From Anolis carolinensis (taxonomy: Eukaryota): a stretch of DNA of 64,000 nt. The notes beneath the pieces are model-generated. The model ran no database searches. It saw nothing but the letters and a program-made list of their open reading frames with translations, and had not been told where the DNA came from. A program made the translations under genes and the position numbers. The stretch is from assembly GCF_035594765.1 (NCBI RefSeq), contig NC_085844.1:137656107-137720106 (forward strand), given 5' to 3'. Position 1 is the stretch's first letter. The number at the start of each line of letters is the position of its first letter. This document shows positions 61,481 to 64,000 of this stretch, piece after piece.

Positions 61481-61841
61481 ACACGCCTCCCTCCCTCCCT
61501 CCCACCCATCCATCCATCCATCCCTTGGAGCAGAGAGGAGCGCGGCAGTGCATGGACTTCTCAAGGCACAAAGAGGCTTCTTTCCTGTTGCCTCCTCCTC
61601 GGAGAAGTTGGGAGACAAGCCCCGGAGAGACAAGGCGGACAAGCCCTTTGTCAAACCGAAATGTCATGGGCCGAAGTGATGGCTCAGCTTCCCAGAGAGC
61701 GTCAGCGTGCGCCTTGCCCTGCTTGGTCTGAGTCCCGGCCGCAGTCTTCTGAAGAAAAAAGCTTTCCAGACATGTCTTGACACACTTTTTTAACCTGGTA
61801 TGGGCAAACTTGGGCCCTCCAGGTGTTTTGGACTTCAACTC

Positions 61842-64000
61842 CCACCCCGCGACCCAGCAGTCTCTCTGTCCGAGCTAGCAGAAGTGGTCTCCAATTCGGC
61901 CCTGGTCTCCCAACAACTCATAGTTTTGGGGGACTTTAATATTCATGCCGAGACCTCTTTGACAGGTGCAGCTCAGGATTTCATGGTTGCCATGACGACC
62001 ATGGGGCTGACTCAAGTTATATCTGGGCCCACACATCAGGCGGGACACACGCTGGACCTCGTCTTCATTGTGGACGGTGGGACAGTCAGAGTGGAAGAGC
62101 AAAATATTCTTCCATTGTCATGGTCTGACCATCATCTGATCTGTTTGAGTTTCGCCGTGTCTTCTAACCTCCGCAGGGGTGGTGGACCCATTAAGATGGT
62201 CCGCCCCAGGAGGCTGATGGATCCGGATGGACTCCTGAGGTCTCTTGGGGATCTTCCTGTTCTGGAGACTGGCGATCCTGTCGATGTCCTGGCTGATCGC
62301 TATAATAGTGAGCTGACAAGGGCACTTGACACGATCGCTCCCGAACGTCCTCTTTCGCTGCGTAGAGTCATGTCGACTCCTTGGTTCACTGAGGAGCTGG
62401 CTGTGATGAAGCGTGCGAGGAGGGGACTAGAGTGCATCTGGAGGAAATCTCGGGATGTGTCTGACCAAGCACGGGCTAAAGCCGCTATTAAGGCTTACTC
62501 CGTGGCTCTGCGAGCAGCCAGGAAAGCTTTCACGACTGCCCGCATAGCGTCTGCGGCCAACAGGCCATCGGAGTTGTTCCGAGTTGTTGGGGAGCTCCTG
62601 CGGCCTCCTGAGACCCAGGGGCTTCCTGATGACTTGGCAACTAGGTGCAGCGATTTTGCGCACCACTTTGCAGGCAAAGTTGCTCAGATACGCCATGAGT
62701 TGGACTCCAGCTTAATTGTAGTTCCAGCGGAGGTAACCGAGGCACCTGTCTGTCCGATTTTGTGGGATTCTTTCCGGCTTGTTCTTCCGGATGACGTGGA
62801 GGGGATTCTTGGGTCTGTGAGGGCGACCACTTGTGCTCTGGATCCTTGTCCCTCTTGGCTGGTTAAGCAGGCCAAAGAGGGGTTGTTGGATTGGTTTGTG
62901 GCTATAATAAATGCCTCCCTGGGTCAGGGGTCATTTCCATCTTGTTTTAAGCAAGCGGTGGTAAAACCGTTACTAAAAAAGACCTCGCTAGACCCATCTG
63001 TATGTAACAACTACAGACCAATTTCCAACCTCCCGTTTTTGGGCAAGGTTCTGGAGCGGGTGGTGGCCACGCAGCTCCAGGAGTTCCTCGATGACACTGA
63101 TTTTCTGGACCGCTCGCAGTCTGGCTTCAGGCCTGGGCACAGCACTGAGACGGCTTTGGTCGCCTTGGTGGATGACCTCCGCAGGGAACTGGACAGGGGG
63201 AGTGTGACCCTGCTGGTTCTCCTGGACATCTCTGCGGCTTTCGATACCATCGACCATGGTATCCTTCTGGGGAGGCTCTCCGGGATGGGACTCGGTGGCA
63301 CTGTTTTGCAGTGGCTCCAGTCCTTCCTGGAGGGCCGTTCCCAGATGGTGAAGCTGGGGGACACCTGCTCGGACCCCTGGCCTTTGACCTGTGGGGTCCC
63401 GCAAGGGTCTATTTTATCCCCCATGCTTTTTAACATCTACATGAAACCGCTGGGAGAGGTCATCCGGAGTTTTGGAGGGTGTTGCCATCTCTACGCAGAT
63501 GACACACAAATCCACTACTCGTTCCCACCTGACTCCAAGGAAGCCCCTCGGGTGCTGAACCAGTGCCTGGCCGCTGTGGCGGACTGGATGAGGAGGAACA
63601 AGCTGAGGATCAATCCTGACAAGACAGAGGCCCTCCTGGTCAGTCGCTCGTCGGATCGGGGTATTGGGTGGCAACCTGTGCTGGACGGGGTTGCACTCCC
63701 CCTGAAATCACAGGTCCGCAGTTTGGGGGTCCTCCTGGATTCAGCGCTGACGCTTGAAGCGCAGGTGTCGGCGGTGGCCGGGAGGGCTTTTGCACAACTC
63801 AAACTTGTGCGCCAACTGCGACCATACCTCGTGAAGTCTGACTTGACCACGGTGGTGCATGCATTAGTTACCTCTAGACTGGACTACTGTAATGCGCTCT
63901 ACGTGGGGCTTCCCTTGAAGACGGCCCGGAAGTTACAGCTGGTCCAACGTTCGGCAGCCAGACTAATAACGGGGGCGAGTTACAGGGAGAGATCTACTCC
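61842..64000 (+). mobile_element. Young 5'-truncated L2 LINE (endonuclease C-terminus plus RT) running off the window
   Basis: VLGDFNIH, GPTHQAGHTLDLVF, WSDH, QSGFRPGHSTET and YADD motifs; interrupts a hAT-like MITE end at 61796-61843. Confidence 0.93.

Noticed and set aside
60851-61780. 309-aa ORF and other long ORFs across the SORCS2 island
   Set aside because: GTG start and GC-driven lack of stops; only 61130-61336 has a signal peptide, homology and a donor.

Overview
Vertebrate genomic DNA, almost certainly squamate and most like Anolis (inferred from Sauria-SINE, Anolis-SINE2-like, Vingi, Poseidon/Penelope and young L2/CR1 repeats). It carries the conserved block KIAA0232 (last six coding exons, +), CCDC96/CFAP184 (-), TADA2B (+), GRPEL1 (-) and SORCS2 exon 1 (+). 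Exon phases were checked by hand. Main findings: (1) CCDC96 intron 1 appears to have been created by an L1 insertion into the coding exon. It has a 20-bp target-site duplication, a donor inside the L1, an acceptor at the poly(A)/TSD junction and a net in-frame gain of 42 nt. (2) There is no room for TBC1D14, which in human lies between KIAA0232 and CCDC96. (3) Retroelements carry ribozyme motifs: an HDV-like fold in a SINE and nine Penelope hammerhead copies, one with an intact core. (4) The SORCS2 propeptide looks miniaturised. (5) There are several nested TE stacks, including two solo LTRs with ORF-like content. Family names and human comparisons come from recall, not from database searches.
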